Origin: Chlorobiota bacterium | Lineage (GTDB): Bacteria > Bacteroidota > Ignavibacteria > OLB7 | Length of the DNA: 64,000 nucleotides | NCBI GenBank assembly: GCA_963711465.1 | Contig: CAVQEG010000001.1 | Location: 1,241,699 to 1,305,698, forward strand | Direction: 5' to 3' | In this document: one piece after another, positions 53,399 through 62,899 of the stretch | Layout of the letters: each line of letters starts with the position of its first letter | Position numbering within the stretch: position 1 is the stretch's first letter | Position numbers and translations under genes: made by a program | Notes under the pieces: generated by a model | Seen by the model: only the letters and a program-made list of their open reading frames with translations | The model's database searches: none | Told to the model about the DNA's origin: nothing

Positions 53399-54244
53399 CT
53401 ATACCGCCTCCAGCTCGTCGATCGCATGCTCGAGTTCCATCGATGCCCACGGAGTGCGCGAGCGGTAGATCTCCGCGAGGTTGCGGAGCATGCGCTGCAG
53501 CGTCTCGACGGTGGATGCACCCTCGATGTGGTCGGCCGCCAGCTCGACGCCGACCGCGCGCAGCGTACGGACGCACTCCTCACGCGTGACGATCCGCCCA
53601 CCGTTGAACGGATCGACGAACCACGACGCATCCCCGATTCGCACCAGGTAGTGGTACGGAAACCCGACGCCGCGAATCGGCAGTCCAAGACGACCACCAA
53701 TCGTGATGTAGAGCACCGACAGAGAAATTGGAATTCCCATCCGCCGGTCGATCACGCGATTGAGAAACGAATTGTCGGGTTCGTAGTACCGCTCCTGCGC
53801 GCACCCGCCGAAGCCGAGGTCTTCGATCAGATAGCCATTGAACGCTTTGAGAATCGTCGCGGCGTCGGCCTCGACATTATGGAGCCTGGCCTCGATCATC
53901 GACGCCATCGTGTCGAGCTGCTGCACGTAGTCTGCCACCACCAGCTCGGGGTAGCCGATCGTCGCGATCGCGAACGCGCCCGCCTCGAGTTCGATCCCAC
54001 GCGGTCGCTGGAGTACACGCGCGAACTCATCGTTGAATCGATCGAGTCCCATTCGAAGCATGATCGTGGCGGCCACGTCGCGTCGACGCTCGGACGCATT
54101 GCCGTCGACGACGATACGGCGGAGCTCGCGGGCGGCGACCGCTCCGCGCGAGGCGATGTGATCACCGATCGCCTCCTGAACGGTCCTGTCCGGGTCGTCG
54201 AGCATCGACAGCGCCGCAAGCAGCTGTGCGTCCGGTTCGCTCAT
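53399..54244 (-). CDS. Transglutaminase-like/SirB1 (UPF0162, YchA-like) family protein
   Basis: RRMGIPISLSVLYITIGGRLGLPIRGVGFPYHYLVRIGD…WFVDPFNGG pattern. Confidence 0.45.
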   Translation of the reverse strand: MSEPDAQLLAALSMLDDPDRTVQEAIGDHIASRGAVAARELRRIVVDGNASERRRDVAATIMLRMGLDRFNDEFARVLQRPRGIELEAGAFAIATIGYPELVVADYVQQLDTMASMIEARLHNVEADAATILKAFNGYLIEDLGFGGCAQERYYEPDNSFLNRVIDRRMGIPISLSVLYITIGGRLGLPIRGVGFPYHYLVRIGDASWFVDPFNGGRIVTREECVRTLRAVGVELAADHIEGASTVETLQRMLRNLAEIYRSRTPWASMELEHAIDELEAV

Positions 54245-55161
54245 TGGGCAGTGTCGTCGGGTTCGACCAGATGGTATTCGGCGAGCTTGCAGGTGAGGAA
54301 TTCATAGGCGTCGTCGACGTTGTCGGTCTGGTGAAACAGGCCGATGTCCTCCGGAGCGATCACGCCGAGCTCCGCCATCCGTTCGAAGTTGATGACATCC
54401 GACCAGAAGCTCGTTCCATAGAGAATGATCACGAGGTTCTTCGACACCTTGCGCGTCTGCACCAGCGTCAGCAGTTCCATCAGCTCGTCGAGCGTCCCGA
54501 AGCCGCCGGGGAAGATCACCACCGCGTTGGCAAGACTGACGAAGAACAGCTTGCGCATGAAGAAGTAGTGGAATTCGAAGTTGAGCGTCGCCGAGATGTA
54601 CTGGTTCGGCATCTGCTCGAACGGCAGCGAGATGTTCAATCCAATCGACTCGCCGTTGGCCAGGTGCGCGCCGAGATTGGCGGCTTCCATGATACCGGGA
54701 CCACCACCGCTGCAGACGAGGAACCGCTTGGGGCCCTCGGGCTGGGTATGGCGCATTCCCCACTCGGTGATCCGGCGGGAGAGTTCCGTGGCATCGGTGT
54801 AGTAGCGTCCGAGCGTCAGCCGCTGCTCCAGACTGCCGAGCGTCTGCTCGAGCAACTGGCGATGTTCGCCCGGTTCCGACTGCTCGATCTGGCGCCGGAC
54901 AGCATCGATTTCGCGCCGGGTCTCCTCGGGAGGCGCGATGCGAGCGGACCCGAAGAACACGATGGTACCCGAAACGTTGTGGCGCTCGAAACGGGTCATA
55001 GGCTCGAGGTATTCGGCCATGATCCGAATGACGCGCGCATCCGGACTGTTGATGAACTCCGGGTCGTTGTAGGCCTTGACAAGCGGCTTGTCGGGTCCCT
55101 TCGTGTACGGTCCTGGCATCGGTGTGTGGTTTGTTTCGTGTATCGACCTCGCCGCCGTCAT
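54241..55161 (-). CDS. LOG-family protein (TIGR00730 Rossmann fold; nucleotide 5'-monophosphate nucleosidase / PpnN-like)
   Basis: GGGPGIMEAANLGA and PGGFGTLDEL motifs. Confidence 0.7.
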   Translation of the reverse strand: MTAARSIHETNHTPMPGPYTKGPDKPLVKAYNDPEFINSPDARVIRIMAEYLEPMTRFERHNVSGTIVFFGSARIAPPEETRREIDAVRRQIEQSEPGEHRQLLEQTLGSLEQRLTLGRYYTDATELSRRITEWGMRHTQPEGPKRFLVCSGGGPGIMEAANLGAHLANGESIGLNISLPFEQMPNQYISATLNFEFHYFFMRKLFFVSLANAVVIFPGGFGTLDELMELLTLVQTRKVSKNLVIILYGTSFWSDVINFERMAELGVIAPEDIGLFHQTDNVDDAYEFLTCKLAEYHLVEPDDTAQ

Positions 55162-55171
55162 CGATCCGGGT

Positions 55172-55933
55172 TTACTGTTGCGAGGTTTCCTGAGCGATCA
55201 CCAGGCCGCCGTCGACGATGAGTGTCTGTCCGGTGACGTAGGTGGAGCTCTCGGCGAAGAACCGGACGGCGTTAAAGATGTCCTCGGTCGTACCGTAGCG
55301 GCGCATCGGAATTCTCTCGGCTGCAATCATCGCACCCGCAGCGGGCTCCTCGGGTATCTCGATGGCTCCAGGCGCCACCGAGTTGACGGCGATCGACGGG
55401 GCCAGCGATCGCGCAAGGGCGCGCGTCAGCTGAACGACGCCTGCCTTCGACACGTTGTAGGCCACGCGGTCGCGCCAGATCTGCCACGCGCCCAGCGACG
55501 AGATGTTGACGATTCTTCCCCGTTCCCCGCGTTCGTCCACCTCCTGTCCCAGCATGAATTCCGCTGCGGCCTGCGCGGCGAAGAATTCTCCGTAGAGATT
55601 GGTTTCGATCACCTGCCGCCACAGATCCTCGGTGACGTCGCTCAGCGGAACCGCCGCCGGATAAACGCCGGCGTTGTTGACCAGGACATCGAGACGCCCG
55701 AAGTATTCCGCCACCTGCGCGACCGCCTCGCGGATGGCCCCACGATCGCGAACGTCGGCCTGTACCAGCGTCGCCTGTACGCCCATGTCCTGCAGCGCAT
55801 CGTACGTCGCTCTGGCGGCATCGGCCGATCTGCCGTAGTGCACCGCAACGCGGTACCCGAGGTTCCCGAAGGAGAACGCCAGCGCGCGCCCGATACGCCT
55901 TCCGGATCCGGTGATGAAGACGACTCGACTCAT
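55172..55933 (-). CDS. SDR-family oxidoreductase (3-oxoacyl-ACP-reductase-like)
   Basis: TGSGRRIGRA Rossmann motif, NNAG and YNVSKAG catalytic motifs. Confidence 0.75.
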   Translation of the reverse strand: MSRVVFITGSGRRIGRALAFSFGNLGYRVAVHYGRSADAARATYDALQDMGVQATLVQADVRDRGAIREAVAQVAEYFGRLDVLVNNAGVYPAAVPLSDVTEDLWRQVIETNLYGEFFAAQAAAEFMLGQEVDERGERGRIVNISSLGAWQIWRDRVAYNVSKAGVVQLTRALARSLAPSIAVNSVAPGAIEIPEEPAAGAMIAAERIPMRRYGTTEDIFNAVRFFAESSTYVTGQTLIVDGGLVIAQETSQQ

Positions 55934-56994
55934 AGGTCGAAGGGTAGTTTGACGATGGTGGACTCGACGGCTTCGCCTCCGGAGGCCGGTTCGACGCGAA
56001 CGCTTGCTCCCGGAACCGCGTGGGCGGTACGGATCATCGCCAGTGCAATCGGCGCGTCGAGCGCCGGCGAGTACGCCAGCGACGTCACCTCACCGATCGG
56101 CCTGCCGCTGTCGGGGTCGATCACGCGCAGCGCACCGTCGGTTTCGGCGGGATCGGATGCGAGCGTGAGACCGAGAAGGTGGCGCTGAACCTTGTCGTAG
56201 GAGTCGAGCCGGGCGATGACCTCCTGGCCGATGTAGCATCCCTTCGTGAACGACACGTACTGCACCAATCCCGCTTCGAGGGGATTGAATTCACCCGTGA
56301 GCTCATGACCGACCTCCGGTTGCCCGGCCTCGACGCGGAGCGTCTGGAACGTCGCCTCATCGATGCTTTGGACGCCTGCGCTGCGCAGGTTCGCCTCGAC
56401 GTCATCGACCGACGTCGGCGGAAGAATCAGCAGAAAGCCGGCCATCCCGGAGACACGGGGCTCGCGCGTGATGATCACTTCCGTGCCATTGCATACACCC
56501 ACCGCTACGTGTCCGGCATCCGGCGGGTCGATGCGTAACGTCTGGGCGACTGCCGCGCGGGCACCGTCACCGTGGACGGCGAGCACCGACCGCTCGGCGC
56601 TCAGATCGCGCACGGTGAAGTCATCCATGATCGTGTATCGATCGAGCCATTGGCACACACGATCCACGTCGGCGCCGGCGAGCACGATCAGCACGCTGTC
56701 GTTGCGCACGATCAGGCGCAGCACATCGATGATTCTTCCCTTTTCACTCGTCAGGATGGTGGTCGATTCGTCGCCGGGCTGGAGCGTCGCGATTGCGTTG
56801 GTGGACATCCGATTGATCAGATCGAGCCGATCGGCCCCCGTCGCCTCCACCACGCCACGCCGCAGCCGCACTGACACCGTTCCCTTCCGCGCCAGCTCGT
56901 AGGCGCGCTCGTCCGGTCTGCTGAGGATTACAGAGCTCACTCCGACATCACGTGCGTTTCTGAAAACCCTCAACTTACGGCATCGGTGCGTCAT
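55930..56994 (-). CDS. ygfZ: Folate-binding protein YgfZ / GcvT-like
   Basis: KGCYIGQE signature. The ATG at 56994 is preferred, because the ORF-track start at 57156 would overlap the anti-sigma gene. Confidence 0.6.
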   Translation of the reverse strand: MTHRCRKLRVFRNARDVGVSSVILSRPDERAYELARKGTVSVRLRRGVVEATGADRLDLINRMSTNAIATLQPGDESTTILTSEKGRIIDVLRLIVRNDSVLIVLAGADVDRVCQWLDRYTIMDDFTVRDLSAERSVLAVHGDGARAAVAQTLRIDPPDAGHVAVGVCNGTEVIITREPRVSGMAGFLLILPPTSVDDVEANLRSAGVQSIDEATFQTLRVEAGQPEVGHELTGEFNPLEAGLVQYVSFTKGCYIGQEVIARLDSYDKVQRHLLGLTLASDPAETDGALRVIDPDSGRPIGEVTSLAYSPALDAPIALAMIRTAHAVPGASVRVEPASGGEAVESTIVKLPFDL

Positions 56995-57094
56995 ACCGGT
57001 GAGCGGCGCAGCGACCGAACCCTCATGAAACCAACGAGGCCACGGCTGATACCGTGGCCTTCGTCCGTCGTCGATCGATCGTGGGATCCGACGC

Positions 57095-57634
57095 TCAGAT
57101 GTCCGAGTCGACCATGGCTTCGAACATGGCAGATTCGTCGTCGGAATGAATCGCATCGATCATCCGCACCTCATCGCTGGTGAGCACGATGGTGGAGGTG
57201 TTGGATTCGAAGACCGACGGATCGGATGAATGCAGTGCGAGCGGACCGTCGTCGCCATACAACAGCGCCGAGACATCCTCCCCGACCCCATCCGGCGTCG
57301 CCCTGGTCGAACCGCGGTCGACGTGCTCCTGAACGGCCTGACGGGGATCGGCCTGCGGCGCCGATGAGGGGAGCACACCACTGATCACAAGGATCACCGC
57401 CAGCGTCGCGGCACTCAGCGACGTCCACGCCAGCGACGGCACCCATCGACGGCGGCGAAACGGCTGCTCGTCATCGATGCGACGATGCAGATGCACGAGA
57501 AAATTCTGGTAGTACGCCGGATGCGGTTCGCTCGGCCCCTCGACATCGGCAAGCAACCGGCGAAGCTCGGCCTCGTCGCGCTCGATGTCCTGGTCGGAGG
57601 GAACCCGCATGTCCTGACTCAAACCCGATTTCAT
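57095..57634 (-). CDS. Putative anti-sigma factor (single TM helix) cognate to the upstream ECF sigma
   Basis: Immediately downstream of the ECF sigma gene. One TM segment (WTSLSAATLAVILVISGVL). No catalytic motifs. Confidence 0.4.
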   Translation of the reverse strand: MKSGLSQDMRVPSDQDIERDEAELRRLLADVEGPSEPHPAYYQNFLVHLHRRIDDEQPFRRRRWVPSLAWTSLSAATLAVILVISGVLPSSAPQADPRQAVQEHVDRGSTRATPDGVGEDVSALLYGDDGPLALHSSDPSVFESNTSTIVLTSDEVRMIDAIHSDDESAMFEAMVDSDI

Positions 57635-57715
57635 GACTGAACCTGTCGTAAGTCGTTGTGACGTTCCGGCGACGGCACTCCGCGGGGATCGGTCGCGTGC
57701 GGTCGTGGTCGGTGC

Positions 57716-58321
57716 CTATACATCTTTGGAATCCTCGTCGCGTTCGACGTCCTCCGATTCGGAGAGCTTAATCGAACCGTGGCGATCGCGAACGAACTGC
57801 CCGACCTTCTTGACCGCATGGTGGTAATTGGCCTTCAGGCCGCCCACCGACGTACCGAGAATGGCAGAGATCTGTTCGTACGGCATTTCGTCGTAGTAGC
57901 GCATGATGAACACCGCGCGCTGCTTTTCCGGGAGCGTCTCGATCGCCTGTTCGATCAGCGATACGTTCTCCTCCCGGATGATCCCGCGATCCTGATCTGC
58001 ATCCTTTCCGAGGAAGGGGATGTAATCGGTGATGTCGACGAGCTTGCGAACCTTCTGCTTGCGGAGGTGGTTGATCGACAGGTTGACGGCGATCCGGTAG
58101 AGCCACGTATAGATGTTGGCATCACCACGGAAGTCCTTCAGCGCCGTGTAGGCCTTGATGAAGACGTCCTGCGCGATGTCATCGGCGTCCTCGTGGTTCT
58201 TGACCATCCGCCGCGCGACCCAGTAGATGCGCGAGTGATAGCGCCGGACCATTTCATTGAACATCCGATCTGCCTGACCCGCATGGTAGAGCTCAAGCAG
58301 CTGCTTGTCGTTGAGTTCCAT
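57716..58321 (-). CDS. ECF (group 4) sigma factor
   Basis: Region 2 (DIAQDVFIKAY, YTWLYRIAVN) and region 4 (QRAVFIMRYYDEMPYEQISAILGTSVGGLK). The start is taken at MELNDKQLLEL. Confidence 0.75.
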   Translation of the reverse strand: MELNDKQLLELYHAGQADRMFNEMVRRYHSRIYWVARRMVKNHEDADDIAQDVFIKAYTALKDFRGDANIYTWLYRIAVNLSINHLRKQKVRKLVDITDYIPFLGKDADQDRGIIREENVSLIEQAIETLPEKQRAVFIMRYYDEMPYEQISAILGTSVGGLKANYHHAVKKVGQFVRDRHGSIKLSESEDVERDEDSKDV

Positions 58322-58469
58322 AGCGCCTGGCAGAGGCGCCGCACCGAGTGTGAGGGCGGTATCCATAGTGCCCATTCGACACGGCCGGCGACGGGGCGTT
58401 TAACAAGGCCATTGGAAGAATCGGTTCCATTGGAACCCCTGGTGCCTCGAGCGTCGAGACGACGACCGA

Positions 58470-58943
58470 TCAGCGATGATGCGCCAGTACTTCGAGCTTG
58501 AAGGTCCCTGCGGGAACCTCGATGGTAACGACATCGCCGACGGTGCGTCCCATCAGCGCGCGACCGATCGGAGAAGTCGTGGCCAGCTTCCCCTGCTCGA
58601 TGTCGGCCTCCTCGGCCGACACCATCGTATATTTCTGCTCTTTCCCGAGCGTGTGGTTTAATACGGTGACTTCCGACAGGATGTAGACCTTGTCGTTCGG
58701 GAGGTTCTGCGTATTGAGCACGCGTGCACGCATCATCACCTTCTCCAGGCGGGCGATTCGAGACTCGAGCACGCCCTGCGCCTGCTTGGCGGCGTCGTAC
58801 TCGGCGTTCTCGGAAAGATCGCCGAAGGAGCGGGCCTCGGCGATCTTCTCGGCGATCTCCTTGCGTTCGTGCGTCTTCAGACGCTGTAGCTCCTCCGCCA
58901 GCTCCTTCATGCGCTGCGGCGTCAGGTAGACGACATCCGTCAT
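58470..58943 (-). CDS. greA: Transcription elongation factor GreA
   Basis: LTPQRMKELAEELQRLK…EARSFGDLSENAEYDAAK is canonical GreA. Confidence 0.9.
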   Translation of the reverse strand: MTDVVYLTPQRMKELAEELQRLKTHERKEIAEKIAEARSFGDLSENAEYDAAKQAQGVLESRIARLEKVMMRARVLNTQNLPNDKVYILSEVTVLNHTLGKEQKYTMVSAEEADIEQGKLATTSPIGRALMGRTVGDVVTIEVPAGTFKLEVLAHHR

Positions 58944-59077
58944 GGTGCGTAGTATCAGTGTTGATAGCGGTATGATGGGCGAATCGAATCAAACTGATTT
59001 GCCCACGAACGTGAAAAGCCATTGCTCGCGGCAACGGCTTCGCTTCAATGTTAAGACAATTCCGACCCAATACCAAT

Positions 59078-60010
59078 ATGCCAGTTCCGCATCCGACGGC
59101 CGCCCACGACGCCGTTCATACGACGAATCTTTCCGGTCTGAGGCTCTGGCGCCGCGGCAAGGTCCGCGATGTCTACGACTTCGGTGACCGCCTGCTCATC
59201 GTGGCCACCGACCGGGTGAGCGCCTACGATGTCGTGATGAACGAGCCGATCCCGGGCAAGGGACGAATTCTCACCGCGCTCTCCCTCTTCTGGTTCGACC
59301 AGCTGTCAGATGTCGTCGCCAACCATCTGATCACCGCCGAGTTCGATCGCTTTCCCGAGGCGTGCGCGCCGCACCGCGACGTGCTCGAGGGACGCTCGAT
59401 GCTCGTGCACAAGACCGACCCACTCCCGGTCGAATGCGTCGCCCGCGGGTACCTCGCAGGTTCGGGCTGGCGCGAATACCGGACCGATGGCACCGTCTGC
59501 TCCCTTCCCCTTCGCCCCGGACTCGTCGAATCCGATCGCCTGCCGGAGCCGATCTTCACCCCGGCGACGAAGGCGGAATCGGGACACGACGAAAACATCT
59601 CCTTCGAGCAGATGCAGGCGATCGTCGGCTACGAGGCCGATCGACTTCGCGATCTCACGCTGAGGCTCTACTCGCGCGCCGCGGCCATCGCCGAGCAGCA
59701 CGGCATCATCATCGCCGATACGAAGGTGGAGTTCGGCATCGATCGCGACGGCCGACTGATGCTCATCGACGAGGTGCTGACGCCCGACTCGTCGCGATTC
59801 TGGCTCGCCTCGGCCTACCGTCCGGGGGAAGCGCAACAGAACTTCGACAAACAGTACCTGCGCGACTGGCTCGACACCGTCGGGTGGGACCACACACCGC
59901 CACCGCCGGCGATTCCGCCGGACGTCGTCGATGCCACCGCACGGCTGTACGCCGAAGCGCTGGGTCGACTCACCGGATCGTCGGTCGAGCGCCGGGCCCC
60001 GTCTCGGTAG
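59078..60010 (+). CDS. purC: Phosphoribosylaminoimidazole-succinocarboxamide synthase (long form)
   Basis: GKVRDVY…LIVATDRVSAYD and later IIIADTKVEFG. The ORF-track start at 59048 is an alternative. Confidence 0.85.
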   Translation: MPVPHPTAAHDAVHTTNLSGLRLWRRGKVRDVYDFGDRLLIVATDRVSAYDVVMNEPIPGKGRILTALSLFWFDQLSDVVANHLITAEFDRFPEACAPHRDVLEGRSMLVHKTDPLPVECVARGYLAGSGWREYRTDGTVCSLPLRPGLVESDRLPEPIFTPATKAESGHDENISFEQMQAIVGYEADRLRDLTLRLYSRAAAIAEQHGIIIADTKVEFGIDRDGRLMLIDEVLTPDSSRFWLASAYRPGEAQQNFDKQYLRDWLDTVGWDHTPPPPAIPPDVVDATARLYAEALGRLTGSSVERRAPSR

Positions 60011-60209
60011 ACTCGGCGGCTCGCCGGGTGATTGCGCGGGCCGGGCCCCTGCGCTAGATTCATTTCCTGGATCGACCGGCACGACGCCTCGGGCCCCGCG
60101 ACTACACGATCGAACGAGGTCGACCGCCGTAGTTGACAGACCCGCTCCGACCGCGCCGCCCGCGGTCTGAAGCAGCGCCAATTCTGACGTAATTCACATC
60201 CGAGTACCG

Positions 60210-61827
60210 TTGATGAGTTCCAAGAGCAAAATGTGGTTCACGATTTTCGGCCTCGCCGTCGGCATCCTCGTCGGGATGTACATCCAGCCCGTCATTTCCG
60301 GCGACACCGTCCATGAGCAGGTCGAGAAATTCCAGCAGGTGCTGACCACGGTTCAGAAGAATTACGTCGAGGACGTCGACACCCCGCAGCTGGTCGAGGC
60401 AGCCATCGACGGCATGCTCTCGCGACTCGATCCGCATTCGATCTACATTCCCGCCGAGGAAACCAAGCGCGTGGCGGAGGATTTCCGGGGCAACTTCGAC
60501 GGGATCGGTGTCGAGTTCGATGTCATCAGCGATACGATCACGATCGTCTCGCCGATCGCCGGCGGTCCGTCCGAGGCACTGGGAATTCAGTCGGGCGACA
60601 AGATCGTCGACATCGATGGCAAGAACGCCGTCGGAATGGATCGCGACGAGGTTCCCAACGTCCTCCGTGGTCCCAAGGGAACGCACGTGGAGCTGACGAT
60701 CGTGCGCCCCGGAGTGCCGCGGCCAATGGACTTCGATGTAGTGCGCGACAAGATTCCGCTGTACACCGTCGATGCAGCGTTCGTCAATCACGACGGCACC
60801 GCTTACCTGGCGATCAACCGCTTCGCCGAGCCGACCTACAACGAAATGATGGACAACCTCGCCCGGTTGAAGAAGGAGGGCATGAAGCGGTTGATCCTCG
60901 ATCTGCGTGGGAACTCGGGCGGGTACATGGACCGGGCAATTGCGATGGCGGACGAATTCATCCCCGGTGGACATCGTATCGTCTACACGAAGAACGATCG
61001 TGATGGTGTCGAGGACGTCTATCCCTCGGAGGACGGACAGGCGTATGAGCATCTGCCGCTCATCGTGCTGATCGATCGCGGATCGGCATCGGCATCGGAG
61101 ATCTTCTCCGGCGCCGTGCAGGATCTCGACCGCGGCCTCATCGTCGGCGAGACCAGCTATGGGAAGGGACTCGTGCAGAAGCAGTTCCCGCTCAAGGACG
61201 GATCGGCCTTCCGCGTCACCGTCGCCCGATACTACACACCATCGGGTCGTCTCATCCAGCGGCCGTACGACAAGGGACGCGACGAGTACTTCAGCGGGGA
61301 CGACCGGCCGAATTTCGCCGAAGGCGACAATGAGTTCCACACGAAGGATCTGACCGACACCTCCCGCCCCGTGCACCACACCGCCGGCGGACGCACCGTG
61401 CTCGGCGGCGGCGGCATCACTCCCGACTACATCGTCAAGCTCGACACGCTTACGCCGACGTCGATCGACATCATTCGGCAGAATCTCGTTCTGGCTCTAT
61501 GTCGACCAGTACATGGCCAGCCACGGCACAGAACTTCGCAGCAGGTACGAGAAGAATTTCGACGACTTCGTCCAGTCGTTCACCGTCGACGATGCGATGT
61601 TCAAGGAGTTCATCGCCCTGGCGAAATCGAAGGGTGTCGAAGTCGATCCTCGCGAGGTTGCGATCGATCACGAGCATCTGGCGAACCGGCTGAAGGCCCG
61701 CATCGCCCGCTCGATCTGGGGAAACGACGCGTTCTATGAAGTCGCGCTCCGGGACGATCATCAGTATCAGACGGCCCTGGGGCTGTTCCCCGAGGCGCGG
61801 AAGATCTCCCAGCTGACGCAGCGCTGA
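60210..61827 (+). CDS. ctpA: C-terminal processing peptidase (S41, CtpA) with an apparent single-nucleotide frameshift near 61485-61492
   Basis: The 60210 frame carries the PDZ and S41 motifs (LDLRGNSGG, GSASASEIF) and then degenerates into Arg-rich nonsense. The conserved CtpA C-terminal domain continues in the +1 frame (61489 onward; FWLYVDQYMASHGTELRSRYEKNFDDF…, ORF 61513-61827). Confidence 0.6.
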
Positions 61828-61861
61828 ACTCGACGCCGGCGCGGCTCGACGCGCCGCCGGG

Positions 61862-62899
61862 CTACCCGACAGCCACGACCAGTCCCATGTTGTGCATCAC
61901 ATCGCGGAGCTTCGGCTCCGCGACTGCACGGGCCCGAGCGGCGCCCTCGGCGAGGATGCGATCGAGTTCCGCCTGGTCTGACATGATCGCTTCGTATTGC
62001 TGTCGCACCGGACGCAGCTCTTCGATGACGACCTCGGCCACCGCCACCTTCAGATCGCCGTATCCACGGGCGTTCTCGAAATCACGCTCACACGCCGCCT
62101 CGTCCTTTCCTGTAATCGCACTATAGATAGTCAGCAGGTTGTTCACGCCCGAGCGTTCGGGATCGTCGGAGAAGCGAATCTCCTTGCCGGAATCGGTCTT
62201 CGCACGCTTGAACGTCCGGAGGATTTCATCCGGTTCGTCCAGCACCCGAACGGCATGGCCGCGCACGTGCGCGTGGCTCTTGGACATCTTCACCGAAGGA
62301 TCGTCGAGTCCCATGACGCGCGCACCCAGCTTCGGGATCACCGGCCTGGGAACCACGAACGTCTCGCCATAGAGGTGGTTGAACCGCTGAGCGATGTTGC
62401 GGGCGAGCTCCACGTGCTGCTTCTGATCTTCACCGACGGGCACCTCCTGCGCATCGTAGAGCAGAATGTCGGCGGCCATCAGCACCGGATAGTCGAGCAG
62501 CCCGGTCATGATCGACTCCTGACGGCCGGACTTGTCCTTGAACTGCGTCATCTTGTTGAGCCAGCCGAGCGGTGTGATGCAGTTGAGCAGCCACGCTCCC
62601 TCGGCATGAGCGCTGACGTGGCTCTGCAGGAACAGCACCACTTTTTTCGGATCGAGACCGACGGCAAGCAGCAGCCCGGCGAGCGACCGCGTCTGCCGCC
62701 GCAGCGTGTCGGGATCCTGTGGAACCGTCAGCGAGTGCAGGTCCACCACGCAGTAGAAATTCTCCTTGTTATCCTGTTCGGCGACCCATCGCTTGACCGC
62801 GCCGAGGTAGTTGCCGAGCTGCATGTCGCCCGACGGTTGAATTCCACTGAAGACGCGTGGCCGCGTCAGGGACGAACCAGTCTGCCCGTCGTTCATCAT
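61862..62899 (-). CDS. trpS: Tryptophan--tRNA ligase
   Basis: FSGIQPSG…LGNYLGA (HIGH region) and KMSKS motif. Confidence 0.9.
   Translation of the reverse strand: MMNDGQTGSSLTRPRVFSGIQPSGDMQLGNYLGAVKRWVAEQDNKENFYCVVDLHSLTVPQDPDTLRRQTRSLAGLLLAVGLDPKKVVLFLQSHVSAHAEGAWLLNCITPLGWLNKMTQFKDKSGRQESIMTGLLDYPVLMAADILLYDAQEVPVGEDQKQHVELARNIAQRFNHLYGETFVVPRPVIPKLGARVMGLDDPSVKMSKSHAHVRGHAVRVLDEPDEILRTFKRAKTDSGKEIRFSDDPERSGVNNLLTIYSAITGKDEAACERDFENARGYGDLKVAVAEVVIEELRPVRQQYEAIMSDQAELDRILAEGAARARAVAEPKLRDVMHNMGLVVAVG

Noticed and set aside
53345-56188. Long plus-strand ORFs (53345-54307, 54226-55221, 55076-56188)
   Set aside because: Antisense to the SirB1-like, LOG and SDR genes.
58944-59077. Purine or ZTP riboswitch upstream of purC
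   Set aside because: The leader has hairpins but lacks the conserved purine-riboswitch junction nucleotides and the ZTP (pfl) GGGUCGUGA / CCGCCUGGGCA blocks.
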